DNA of 64,000 nucleotides from Verrucomicrobiales bacterium (GTDB lineage Bacteria; Verrucomicrobiota; Verrucomicrobiia; Verrucomicrobiales; DEV007): the NCBI GenBank assembly GCA_965657775.1, contig CBFHPY010000008.1, positions 687,786-751,785 on the forward strand. The letters are read 5' to 3'. The notes below the pieces were generated by a model. That model saw nothing but the letters and a program-made list of their open reading frames with translations. It was not told the origin of the DNA and made no database searches. The translations under genes were made by a program, and so were the position numbers. Of this stretch, positions 1 to 9,320 are shown one piece after another. The stretch's first letter is position 1; each line of letters begins with the position of its first letter.

Positions 1-46
1 AGCAGCGCCGAAGAGATGCGTGAGAACATGGGATGAGGTGAGTGAC

Positions 47-1366
47 TTACATCGTTGGCTGGATCGAGTAGATCCCTTTCGTCGAGCAGAAGGCTTCTTC
101 GATTCCCCACCGCTTGAACTCGTGTCCGGCTCCCCAGCTATCTGTGAAGATAATCTCATTGTTCGCCGTGTTGTAACCGATGATCATTCGCATGTGTCCT
201 CCGCGTGATTGACTGATCCGCTTAGGCTCTTCGAATATGCCAACCGTGACGGTCCAGAGAAGAGGGATTCCGGCATCAATCGTTCGCTCGATCTCCTTCT
301 GGAAACGCTTGATTCCAGCCGAGCTGCGAAGACGCGTTGCTTTGAGGACTTCGGGATCGAACTGATCAAAGTGATACCAGAGGTTGATATTGTTTCCGAT
401 CGGCAGGGGAGGTTTGTCGGCGCGGTCGGCGGCCTTATTGTAGTCCTCGGCGAGTTCGATCATGTCATCATACTCCATCGCATCGTGTGTCTTGATGCGA
501 ACTTTGAAACGTCCCGAGATATCTTCGAGAGCTTTGATCATCCCAACGCTGGAGGTTCCCCCTTCCGCGGAGGAGTCCGCAATCTGGGCCATCTCGTGCT
601 GGTCTACATTGATGTCGTAGTACTGGAAGACTCGTGAAGCAGTGGCCACGACGCAGTAGCCTTTCTGGCCCTGGTCGACCATCGGAATCCCCTGGATAAA
701 GACGTCGCCGTCCTTCTTTACCACGTTGGCCGGGAGGTCGCCCTTTTTGACACGCTCTGCGGGTCCGGAGAGCTTCTCTTCCATGAATCCTTTCTGCACA
801 TAAGGAGCGACTCGGAGCCGGATGAACTCGCTGCGGAAAGGGATATCGCGGGTGCGAACCTCTTTCTGAAAGCTGTATTCGAGGAGATAGGCGACTTTGC
901 CGGTTTTCCACATCCAGCCGTCAGCACGGACTGCACTTTGATTGTCCCGCCCTCGATCTTCGGGTGAAGCTCCACTGATGGTTGTAACATTCGCGTTCCA
1001 GGCCTTGAGCGTTTTCTCGTATTCATCTTGATTGATTTCACCGTCATCTCCGCGGTTGTGAATCGAAATCTGAATTTGGCTGGGCTTGCCGTCGGAGAAT
1101 GTCACGATGGTCTCGCCCACGGGTTGTCCTTTCACAGTGAGACCGCCTTTCGTAACACTGAGCCGAGCGGAGTCTTTGGCAGCGCTGTTCCAGCGAAATC
1201 CGAGTGGCTGATATCGACTCATAAACTGGTCAGGAGTCAGCATCCAGAATCGCTCATCGCCAACGACTTCGTCGAGGCTGGGCTGGGCGCTCTGTCCCGA
1301 AACAGATCCGGTTGAAATAAGAAACAGGCTTAGGATCGAAATCCAGAAAGAGTAGGGTACTTTCAT
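47..1366 (-). CDS. Secreted protein with C-terminal C39-like (papain-fold) cysteine peptidase domain
   Basis: ORF 47..1405 (TTG); ATG at 1366 gives a signal-peptide-like start (MKVPYSFWISILSLFLIS). C-terminal motifs QGQKGYC, GGHMRMIIGY and FTDSWG match a Cys-His-Asp peptidase. Confidence 0.75.
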   Translation of the reverse strand: MKVPYSFWISILSLFLISTGSVSGQSAQPSLDEVVGDERFWMLTPDQFMSRYQPLGFRWNSAAKDSARLSVTKGGLTVKGQPVGETIVTFSDGKPSQIQISIHNRGDDGEINQDEYEKTLKAWNANVTTISGASPEDRGRDNQSAVRADGWMWKTGKVAYLLEYSFQKEVRTRDIPFRSEFIRLRVAPYVQKGFMEEKLSGPAERVKKGDLPANVVKKDGDVFIQGIPMVDQGQKGYCVVATASRVFQYYDINVDQHEMAQIADSSAEGGTSSVGMIKALEDISGRFKVRIKTHDAMEYDDMIELAEDYNKAADRADKPPLPIGNNINLWYHFDQFDPEVLKATRLRSSAGIKRFQKEIERTIDAGIPLLWTVTVGIFEEPKRISQSRGGHMRMIIGYNTANNEIIFTDSWGAGHEFKRWGIEEAFCSTKGIYSIQPTM

Positions 1367-1551
1367 AGTAGGTGGGGGAAAGAAGAGGTAGGGAGAGAAC
1401 TCCAATTCGTGAACCGAAATACTACCATCCTCGCATCAGATACTCCACGAAGAACTCGTGGCGCATCGAAGGATAGAATTCTGTGATTGTTATCGCGGAT
1501 GGAGGGCTGGGGAACTTCCCGGGAGAGAAATCCTGTGGTGCAAAAGTAGCA

Positions 1552-3756
1552 CTAGTGCTCTTCCTCAATCAGGATCCGTGTGTCGGGAACAAGTCCTTCG
1601 ACAGTCTGTGTCTTCCCCGTTGTTGGCCAGAAAACTTCAACTCGCTCCAGCGAGTCAATCGTGGCCAAGCCAAAATGAAGCTCCAGCGGATTCGCGCCGA
1701 AACTTCCTCCTGAATTCATCCATTGATACATGGATCGCTCGACTCCGCCTTCCGACACCACAACTCGGACTCGTGCCCCAACTCCGTGCGAGTTCGATTT
1801 CGTTCCCTTCAGTTTTACAGAGAGCCATTGGTGACCGGTTCCCCCCGGGTTTTCGAAGAGGGCGTCATAGAATGGGTCGCATCGGAAAGCGCCACCCATT
1901 TGTTCAAAGATGTCGAGATCACCGTCCCGATCAAAGTCCGCCATGGAGACGGCATGCCCTTTCTGAAGATGTCCAAGGCGGCTTTCGAATGTTCGGTCCA
2001 CAAACTTTCCTTTCTCATTGGAAAGCAACAAGTTGGGCACGATAGAGGAGATGTCTGGATTCCCAGTTCCCAGATACATATCTGGATAGCCGTCGTTCAT
2101 GAGATCACCAAAGTTGGATCCCATCGGAAGCATCGGAACGTCGAGGCCAACTGCTCTTTCCACTCTGAGAAAACCTCCCCTCCCGTCATTTTGAAAGAGA
2201 CGACAAATTTCGGAATCGCGTGGAAATATTCCTAGTGAATTCAGGAAGATTTTGTCCCCTGTGCCTGAGTAGTCAGAGACAAATAGATCAAGTAATCCGT
2301 CGTTGTTGTAGTCCCAGAACCAGGTGGGGAAACTACGGATCGGCTCCGCAGTTCCTGTTTGAACTGTCAGATCGGCAAAGGTTCCGTCACCGAGGTTCTT
2401 CCAGAATTGATTTCGTGCATTGATACAGGAGAGGAATAGATCAGGATACCGGTCTCCATCGTAGTCGCCCCAGACCGCTCCCTTCACGATTCCAAATGTG
2501 GTCAGACCGGCCTCTGCTGTGATGTTCGTAAATCGAGGAATGCCGTTTTCATTAAGGCCATCATTTCTAAAAAGCTGGCAGGGCGATTCCTCAGCATTGG
2601 ATTCGTTGCCTACGAAAAGATCGAGGTCACCATCCAGATCAAAATCGGCCCAATCGGATGTTTGCGAAGGATGATGCTCATCGCCAAGGCCAATGGCAAA
2701 AGTCACATCGGTAAAGCTCACAACCCCTTCCGGTCCCACCCCGTTATTTCGGAGAAGTGAATTCGGATGACGTCCCGATTCGCCGAGCCATGCTCCTCGC
2801 ATCACGTAGATATCGAGATCTCCATCGTTATCAAAGTCCACCTGCTTCAGGTTTAAACCTCCGCGAAAGTCACCTAGATTTGAATCTTCGGTAACATCTT
2901 CAAAGGTTCCGTCTCCGTTTCCACGGTAAGACTTCATCCCTTGGTCCGGTTCCCAACGGCTCACAATCAGATCAAAAATTCCATCTCCGTCGAAATCATC
3001 GGCGATCGCTCCTCCCGAGAGCCCGAAGGTATCAATGCCGGCAGAGGGGGCTACATTTTTGAATTCCGGGAACTCCGAAGAATTTTCCTCCCGATTTCCA
3101 AAGGTCATCCGCCATGACTCGGGAAATTCTTCTTGGCTTCGCCCAAGAAGCAGGAGAGTCAAATTCGCGAGCCACTTCTCCTTGTATTGAACTTGTTCCC
3201 CCGGTTCCCTTGTCACGATAGATCGCTTGAGCAGTTCCAGCGCATTCTCTGCGCCCTTCGTCTTCGTGTGAATTGCTTCGTTCCGAATTGGGAAGATACA
3301 ACTTTCTGAATTGGCACTGGCGCAACAGTTCTCATTTTCTGCCATTCTGAGATAAGCAAGAATTAGGCTGCCTTCGATTCGCCGTAGCTGCGGATTTTTC
3401 GAGAGATCTGTATCGTTGCTATGTAGGGAGCGTGCTTTCTCCAGAGTCTCGATCGCTTCGCGATTCATTCCATAACATAGATAGAAGTATCCGAGATAGC
3501 CGAGAACAGCTCCCTGTGTTTCCAGAGGAGCGTCCGTCGGCAAAGAGGCCAGTTTTTTGCGGGTATCGTCGATATCCGAGGAACTGAGATATGCATTTTC
3601 AGAGTGTACTCGCTCCTCGATGCCATCCAATTCAGCGAGCATTCTTTGATGCGAAGCTTGCGCTGCCACCTCGTAGGCGGAACGAGTTTCCGCGCTCATC
3701 ATCTGAGTGTGGATCAGTATCAGCCCCAGACTGAGAATCATGTTCAGATATTTCAT
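1552..3756 (-). CDS. CRTAC1-like FG-GAP repeat / ASPIC-UnbV domain protein
   Basis: Repeated DFDxDGDLD FG-GAP motifs; C-terminal WLSVKLKG...GARV...GGSFGANPLELHFGL ASPIC/UnbV signature; signal-peptide-like start at ATG 3756. Confidence 0.9.
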   Translation of the reverse strand: MKYLNMILSLGLILIHTQMMSAETRSAYEVAAQASHQRMLAELDGIEERVHSENAYLSSSDIDDTRKKLASLPTDAPLETQGAVLGYLGYFYLCYGMNREAIETLEKARSLHSNDTDLSKNPQLRRIEGSLILAYLRMAENENCCASANSESCIFPIRNEAIHTKTKGAENALELLKRSIVTREPGEQVQYKEKWLANLTLLLLGRSQEEFPESWRMTFGNREENSSEFPEFKNVAPSAGIDTFGLSGGAIADDFDGDGIFDLIVSRWEPDQGMKSYRGNGDGTFEDVTEDSNLGDFRGGLNLKQVDFDNDGDLDIYVMRGAWLGESGRHPNSLLRNNGVGPEGVVSFTDVTFAIGLGDEHHPSQTSDWADFDLDGDLDLFVGNESNAEESPCQLFRNDGLNENGIPRFTNITAEAGLTTFGIVKGAVWGDYDGDRYPDLFLSCINARNQFWKNLGDGTFADLTVQTGTAEPIRSFPTWFWDYNNDGLLDLFVSDYSGTGDKIFLNSLGIFPRDSEICRLFQNDGRGGFLRVERAVGLDVPMLPMGSNFGDLMNDGYPDMYLGTGNPDISSIVPNLLLSNEKGKFVDRTFESRLGHLQKGHAVSMADFDRDGDLDIFEQMGGAFRCDPFYDALFENPGGTGHQWLSVKLKGTKSNSHGVGARVRVVVSEGGVERSMYQWMNSGGSFGANPLELHFGLATIDSLERVEVFWPTTGKTQTVEGLVPDTRILIEEEH

Positions 3757-3859
3757 TTCGTCATGAGAACGAAAGCTTCTGCCTTCATTAGGGGCGTGCG
3801 TCGGCCATTCCTTGTTTCGCGTCACGACAGCCGAACGCTTTCCCACGCCCATCGTTCAA

Positions 3860-4252
3860 CTACCCTCCAGCAAACACGGGATTGAATCCCGCTTCCTCGA
3901 GGATCTCTTTAACCTGCTCTCGAAGATCACCCCGAATCTCGATACGGCCGTCTTTGACGGTGCCTCCGACTCCGCAGGTTTTTTGAATTTTTCGGGCGAG
4001 CTCCTGTTTCTCCGGTAGGCCGATTCCTTTAAAATTGGCGACCACGGTAACGACCTTTCCTCCGCGATGAGCCGTTTCTCGAATAATGTCGAGTCGACCC
4101 CGAGTCGTGTTTTTTCGATTGCGACGAGAGGTAGGTTGAGGAGGTGACGAGCTTCCCTCAGGAAGATTTGTCAGTTCAGAAAGCGCTCCGAAGGGAGTTT
4201 CGGCGAGGCTTCCTTCGTCTTCGGATTGTTTGCGCTTCTTCTTTCGGCTCAT
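3860..4252 (-). CDS. yciH: Translation initiation factor SUI1/YciH family
   Basis: RGGKVVTVV...LARKIQKTCGVGGTVKDGRIEIRGDLRE SUI1 motif; probable ATG at 4252. Confidence 0.88.
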   Translation of the reverse strand: MSRKKKRKQSEDEGSLAETPFGALSELTNLPEGSSSPPQPTSRRNRKNTTRGRLDIIRETAHRGGKVVTVVANFKGIGLPEKQELARKIQKTCGVGGTVKDGRIEIRGDLREQVKEILEEAGFNPVFAGG

Positions 4253-4558
4253 CGAAAGAAATGAATCACAGTTTCCGGGGCTCTGCATCCTACGAATCTC
4301 CGGGCTACTCACGGAGAGATAATTCTGGTTTCGAAGGAGAGTCGCTGATTCACCAGAAGGCTCGGAAGAAATCGTGCGCTTTTGCTGAAGTTCTTATAAT
4401 TTCATGATAAAAGAGATTCTAAACAAGGTAAGCTCCACGCGTAACTCTGAGGAATTCACTTCGCGAACATCATGGCCCGCCACCCGAGCCGCAGGATGCG
4501 AATCAGGAGGAGCAGTCAAAAGGGAGTCGAAGTACAGAAAGCGAAATAGGGATTCCAC

Positions 4559-5800
4559 CTACTTCTGTGCCCTCTTCGCAGCGGCTTCCCGAAGCTTATC
4601 CTTCTTGCTCTTACGGCGGCCTTTGATTCCACCGGTCGACAGCGCGGGTATGGGGGCTACCTCAGTGGGTTCGAATCCCTCGACCTGCTCGCGAGGGAGA
4701 TTCAGATCATTGCGTTTTTCGATCAGGCGGAAGTGAGCATCGCTTTCTGCGGTAACGAAACTGATCGCGACACCAGCTTCGCCGGCTCGCCCGGTGCGGC
4801 CAATGCGGTGGATGTAGTCATCGGCGGAGCGAGGTAGGTCGTAGTTTACGACGACAGGGAGCAGGGCGATGTCCAGACCGCGAGCGGCGAGGTCGGTCGC
4901 GACGACCACCTGAAGCTGACCGCTTTTAAAATCTGAAAGCACGTCTGTCCGTGCGCCCTGGCTAAGGTCTCCGTGAAACGCGAGAGCGCGAATGCCATTT
5001 CTTCGTAGTTTCGTGGCCACGTGTTCGGCAGTGAATTGTCTGGCAACAAAGACGAGAACTCGAGTCCACTCTCCGGAACTCATGAGCTGGCGCAGCAAAG
5101 GAGTGCGTTTGTCAGTGTCGACGCGGATCGCTCGTTGCTTGATGTCCGGTGACTCATCCGGCGTGTCTGCAATTTCAATGCGAGCGGGTTCGTTCATCCA
5201 CTCCTTTGCCAGAGCCTTCACGCTCTTGGGGAATGTGGCGGAGAAAAGTAAATTCTGGCGACGTGATGGAAGAAGAGCAAGAATGCGTTTCAAATCTTCT
5301 GAAAAACCCAGATCGAGCAATCGGTCAGCCTCATCGAGGACAAGTGAGCTGACCTCGGTGAGTTGCAAGGCGTTGCGGTCAACGAGGTCGAGAAGCCGAC
5401 CTGGAGTAGCGACCACGAAATCGGCGCCACCGCGCAAGGCCATCATTTGTGGATTGATCGAAACTCCGCCGACCGCGCTCACGACCTTGATGCGCCGCGG
5501 GAGATGCACCGAACAGTCCTGAACGACTTGCCTGACTTGTGCCGCCAGCTCTCGAGTTGGGACGAGAATCAGTGTGCTGAGCTTTCGTTTGCGCGATGAG
5601 CCTCGATCGTCCGAAAGCCGTCTTTGAAGAAGGGGAAGGACGAAGGCTGTCGTCTTTCCCGAACCGGTCGGGGCAGTGGCCAGTAGATCACCTCCGGCAA
5701 GGATAGTGGGAATAGCTTCCAGCTGTACACTCGTCGGCGATGGGTAGTGGCTGACCGCGTGAAGCAGCGGCTCAGACAGTTCGAATGTAGAGAGAGGCAT
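4559..5800 (-). CDS. DEAD-box RNA helicase (RhlE-like)
   Basis: Motifs APTGSGKT, PTRELAAQ, TPGRLLD, DEAD, SAT and HRIGRTGRAG all present. Confidence 0.95.
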   Translation of the reverse strand: MPLSTFELSEPLLHAVSHYPSPTSVQLEAIPTILAGGDLLATAPTGSGKTTAFVLPLLQRRLSDDRGSSRKRKLSTLILVPTRELAAQVRQVVQDCSVHLPRRIKVVSAVGGVSINPQMMALRGGADFVVATPGRLLDLVDRNALQLTEVSSLVLDEADRLLDLGFSEDLKRILALLPSRRQNLLFSATFPKSVKALAKEWMNEPARIEIADTPDESPDIKQRAIRVDTDKRTPLLRQLMSSGEWTRVLVFVARQFTAEHVATKLRRNGIRALAFHGDLSQGARTDVLSDFKSGQLQVVVATDLAARGLDIALLPVVVNYDLPRSADDYIHRIGRTGRAGEAGVAISFVTAESDAHFRLIEKRNDLNLPREQVEGFEPTEVAPIPALSTGGIKGRRKSKKDKLREAAAKRAQK

Positions 5801-5835
5801 TCCGGAATCGTAGTCCTAAAAGTCCCTCGAGGCGA

Positions 5836-6951
5836 ATGCTTGCCTTCCTACTCCATGACTCGGGTCTTCTTAAGGCCCTGGAGAAAGGGAAGACCGGAGA
5901 GTTGTCTTCGTTTGTCCTGACGCCGAATGTTCAGCCGTCGATGCGTCCGGTGGGGGGACCCGTGAAGGACTGGAAGATTCTCGAAGCGATTGATTTCCCA
6001 TCTCTGGCTTGTGGTCTCGATTTGTATCCTGATGATCTCGGTTGGTTCACGACCCGTTCTCGAAAAAAGGAGCACTACCACTATCGCTGGCACAAGAAAG
6101 GAGGCGAGCGAACCCCTCGCCTCATCGAAATTCCCAAGTCGTCGTTGAAGCAGACTCAGCGGACGGTGCTGGAAAAGATTTTTTCACCGATGACGACCCA
6201 TGAGGCTTCCTGTGGATTTCAAGTGGGCAAGTCTGTCTTTGATTTTGTCCGTCCGCACTGCGGACAGAAGATGGTACTGAAACTCGATCTGGAAGATTTT
6301 TTTCCAGGAATCACCTCGGCGCGGATCATCCGGCTTTTTTTGACAGTGGGATACCCGGAATACGTCGCCGACTTCTTGACTCGGCTTTGCACCAACCGAG
6401 TTCCTGAACTAACCCTTGAGGAAGTGAACTTGTCAGCGTCGGCTCGAAGTCGATTTGAAAAATCTCACTTACCCCAAGGCGCTCCGAGTTCACCTGCTCT
6501 TGCCAACTTGTGTGCCTTTCGGTTGGACTGCCGTCTCGCCGGTCTCGCTCGCTCCGTCGGTGTTCAATATACACGCTATGCGGACGACCTGCTCTTCAGC
6601 GGTGGCGAGGGTTTTTCGCGCTGTGTCGGGCGATTCTATGGAGCGGTTTTGCGAATCCTGATCACGGAGGAGTTTCGAGTCAATCTGCGGAAGACCCGTC
6701 TTATGCCATCAAGCCAGCGCCAAATGGCTGCCGGTCTGATCCTGAACGAAAAACCGAATGTGGCTCGTCGGGAATACGACCAACTCAAAGCGATTCTACA
6801 AAACTGTCGTCAACATGACTGGCAATCGCAGAATCGGGAGAAACAATCCGAATTTCCTGCGCACCTCGCCGGAAGGATAAAGTGGGTCGCTGCTTCGAAT
6901 CCGAATCGGGGCAGAGAACTCAGCGAGGAGTTTGCGAAAATCGATTGGTGA
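5836..6951 (+). CDS. Retron-like RNA-directed DNA polymerase (reverse transcriptase)
   Basis: RT motifs: RLIEIPK, KLDLEDFFPGI, LPQGAPSSPALAN, YTRYADDLLFSG (YADD at 6577-6588), KTR...QRQMAAGLILN; retron-type thumb ending GRIKWV...NPNRG...IDW. Confidence 0.9.
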   Translation: MLAFLLHDSGLLKALEKGKTGELSSFVLTPNVQPSMRPVGGPVKDWKILEAIDFPSLACGLDLYPDDLGWFTTRSRKKEHYHYRWHKKGGERTPRLIEIPKSSLKQTQRTVLEKIFSPMTTHEASCGFQVGKSVFDFVRPHCGQKMVLKLDLEDFFPGITSARIIRLFLTVGYPEYVADFLTRLCTNRVPELTLEEVNLSASARSRFEKSHLPQGAPSSPALANLCAFRLDCRLAGLARSVGVQYTRYADDLLFSGGEGFSRCVGRFYGAVLRILITEEFRVNLRKTRLMPSSQRQMAAGLILNEKPNVARREYDQLKAILQNCRQHDWQSQNREKQSEFPAHLAGRIKWVAASNPNRGRELSEEFAKIDW

Positions 6952-6962
6952 ATGAATTCGAA

Positions 6963-7313
6963 TCAGGACCAGTCTTCCTCAGGATTTGCTTCCTGTAGTA
7001 ATCTGCGGCCAAAATCCACTTCGGTGTAGGATTCAGGTGAACCCTCCATTTTCGCCCCAGCCCATGCCACTTCTATCTGGACGTTGTGGTGAGGATGTTT
7101 CCCGGCGAATTCGAGCAGCGAGTTACGTTCTGGATGGGTGAGAAATGGCAAGGCTGTCGAAGCACTTGTCGCGCAGGAGAAGCGTTCTGGCTCCGGGTCC
7201 GAGAAGTATTCGTTGAGCCTTGTGATTCCAGTGTCGCGGGAAAGAGGATGGCTATCGATTTTCTCGTTCAGGAAAAGCGCAATGCATCGATCGAGGAAGG
7301 CAACTCCATCCAT
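6963..7313 (-). CDS. Hypothetical protein, possibly a fragment of a longer helical-repeat protein
   Basis: 116-aa ORF convergent with the RT, protein-like composition; bounded upstream by an in-frame TGA 8 codons before the ATG. Confidence 0.45.
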   Translation of the reverse strand: MDGVAFLDRCIALFLNEKIDSHPLSRDTGITRLNEYFSDPEPERFSCATSASTALPFLTHPERNSLLEFAGKHPHHNVQIEVAWAGAKMEGSPESYTEVDFGRRLLQEANPEEDWS

Positions 7314-7495
7314 ATCACGGCAGATCCCAATGATTCAGAAATCCGTGTCGGATCCAGAATGCGATAATCAACGCATAGAAGAGAGGGTGCGAAGTCGTCC
7401 GATCAAATAGTGATTTCTTTTCCTCACTCATATTTCCAATGGAGTGGTCAGGGAACGTCGTAACAATATTTCAGCCGGTCCCTGAAATGCCACTG

Positions 7496-7690
7496 CTAAG
7501 TCTGAGGAGGGAGGTCAATGCGCCTCCAACTGCCTTCGGGCACTTGAAGAAGCTCTTCACAGTTCGTGTATGGGCAGGGCATTTCGGTTCCGGCTTGCTC
7601 AGAAGTCGCGGAAAGTTTTCGATGGCATCGGGGGCAGATGAATTTTATCTCGTCGCTTGGCAATTTGATGTCCTCCGGTGCCGGAACCAT
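7496..7690 (-). CDS. Small zinc-ribbon protein
   Basis: IKFICPRCHRKL...AGTEMPCPYTNCEELLQVP: two Cys pairs with the spacing of PVC-type zinc ribbons. Confidence 0.6.
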   Translation of the reverse strand: MVPAPEDIKLPSDEIKFICPRCHRKLSATSEQAGTEMPCPYTNCEELLQVPEGSWRRIDLPPQT

Positions 7691-7853
7691 GAATTATTTG
7701 TCGCACTCCGGACACTCCATACCGGAGTAATTCGATCCTCCTCGCATAACATCGGGCATTCGAATCGAAGTGGCATGGTTGAGCATGGCACTCATTTCCC
7801 AGTCAGAGCGACTGGAAATCTTGAACCACCCTCATTTTCGCCTAGGATCCCGC

Positions 7854-8477
7854 ATGACTGAATCCAACATCTCTGTCTACTGCGGTGGGCTCTTTCAAAC
7901 CAATGGCTATCTTGTGCAGCAGGAAGGCAAGGTCTGGCTCTTCGACGCTCCGGAAGGAGTTGCAGATTGGATCGAATCACAGGAACTCCAACTCGATGGG
8001 TTGTTTCTTACCCATCAGCATCATGACCACGTCATCGGCGCTGGAGCGGTGGCGGAAAAATTTGGATGTCCGGCTTGGGCGTATTCGGAGCCGTCCGAGG
8101 ATTTGACGATGGCAAAACGCCTTGAGCAAATGATGGGAATTCCGTGCGAACTAGACCCCTATTCCATCGACCACCTCATCGAAGGGAAGTCTGAGCTGCC
8201 GCTCGAAGGGATCGACCTTCTGCTTTTTCATGTTCCCGGACACTCTCCGGATTCGGTCTGCTTTCAGATTAAGGACACTGATACGCTTATTGGAGGTGAT
8301 GTTCTGTTTCGCGGTGGAATAGGGCGGACTGATTTTCCACACGGCGATCATGAGCTATTGCTCTCCGGGATTCGTGAGAAGCTGTGGCCGCTTGCCGACG
8401 ACACCCAAGTTTTTCCTGGTCATGGCCCGACGACAACGATCGGAATTGAGAAAGCGACAAATCCGTTTCTCCAATAG
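7854..8477 (+). CDS. MBL-fold metallo-hydrolase (glyoxalase II/YcbL-like)
   Basis: THQHHDH metal-binding motif, PGHSPDS, GDVLF, PGHG; probable ATG at 7854. Confidence 0.9.
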   Translation: MTESNISVYCGGLFQTNGYLVQQEGKVWLFDAPEGVADWIESQELQLDGLFLTHQHHDHVIGAGAVAEKFGCPAWAYSEPSEDLTMAKRLEQMMGIPCELDPYSIDHLIEGKSELPLEGIDLLLFHVPGHSPDSVCFQIKDTDTLIGGDVLFRGGIGRTDFPHGDHELLLSGIREKLWPLADDTQVFPGHGPTTTIGIEKATNPFLQ

Positions 8478-8519
8478 ATTCTGACCTTCGCGGTGAAGAA
8501 TCGAGTTCCTCCGTAGGGG

Positions 8520-9320
8520 TTAGCTCGGCGAGGAATCACCACCCTGAGGAGCGCTTCTTCTCTGAAAAGGGTGCCAGAGTTGCCCCCAGTAGGTTTTTGA
8601 AATCGGTTCAGTGATCCCAAAGGCGCCGGGTTCATGGTCGGGGTAGTGATAGGTCTTGAAGAGGAGATCCATCAGGGGAGAAAGGTTGGCGTAATTGCCG
8701 GCAAAGCGATCCCGATCGTGGTGCCAGTGATGGAGTTCCGGTGCGCCGATGAAACAACGGAGAGGACCGATCGGAAGACGAACGTTGGAGTGGATGAAGA
8801 TCGCCCAGATGCCGCGGAAGGCGATAAAGCCGGCCAGAAGCTCGAGTGGAAAACCAAGCAGAAAGGCCGGCAGATTGACGAGAGTCACCGTGTAGACGGT
8901 ATCGAGAGGGTGCTCGCGATGAGCTGCGAGCCAGTCAAGATGTTCGGCCGAGTGATGGATTGAGTGAAAGCGCCAGAGGAAAGGAATCCGATGCTGAAGG
9001 CGATGTCCCCAGTAGATGAGCAGGTCACTCAAGAGAATGACTTCGACAATCTGAAGCCAGAGTGGTTGGATTCGAACGGACTCACGAAACTCATTCGGGA
9101 CGAAGCCGGTCAGCCAACCTCCTCCCCACTGGATTGCTCCGAAAACGAGACCAGTCCAGAGAAGGTATTGGCCAAGGAGAAAAAACAAATCGGTCCAGAA
9201 GGCAGGCCTGATAAATCTCTGACCTTTTTTCGCGGGAAAGAGCAGCTCGAGCGGTCGAAAGAGTAGCACCAGAAATAGAAAACTGATGCCGGTCGAAAGG
9301 AGGAGTTCGAAGACGCTCAT
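8520..9320 (-). CDS. Sterol desaturase / fatty acid hydroxylase family protein
   Basis: His boxes HRLQH, HSIHH, FIHSN, HHWHH plus transmembrane segments. Confidence 0.9.
   Translation of the reverse strand: MSVFELLLSTGISFLFLVLLFRPLELLFPAKKGQRFIRPAFWTDLFFLLGQYLLWTGLVFGAIQWGGGWLTGFVPNEFRESVRIQPLWLQIVEVILLSDLLIYWGHRLQHRIPFLWRFHSIHHSAEHLDWLAAHREHPLDTVYTVTLVNLPAFLLGFPLELLAGFIAFRGIWAIFIHSNVRLPIGPLRCFIGAPELHHWHHDRDRFAGNYANLSPLMDLLFKTYHYPDHEPGAFGITEPISKTYWGQLWHPFQRRSAPQGGDSSPS

Noticed and set aside
4664-4690. tRNA T-loop-like sequence GGGTTCGAATCCC
   Set aside because: Lies inside the DEAD-box helicase CDS (codons E-G-F-E-P-T on the minus strand); no matching acceptor stem, D arm or anticodon arm at the right distance.
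5862-5895. GGTCTTC...GAAGACC hairpin as retron a1/a2 repeats
   Set aside because: Only 7 bp, inside the RT coding sequence, and enclosing 20 nt rather than a full msr-msd of more than 100 nt.
7445-7492. Bulged inverted repeat (TCAGGGA...TCCCTGA) near the RT locus as a retron ncRNA
   Set aside because: Short, about 500 nt downstream of the RT and directly after the zinc-ribbon stop codon; more simply a transcript 3'-end hairpin or chance.
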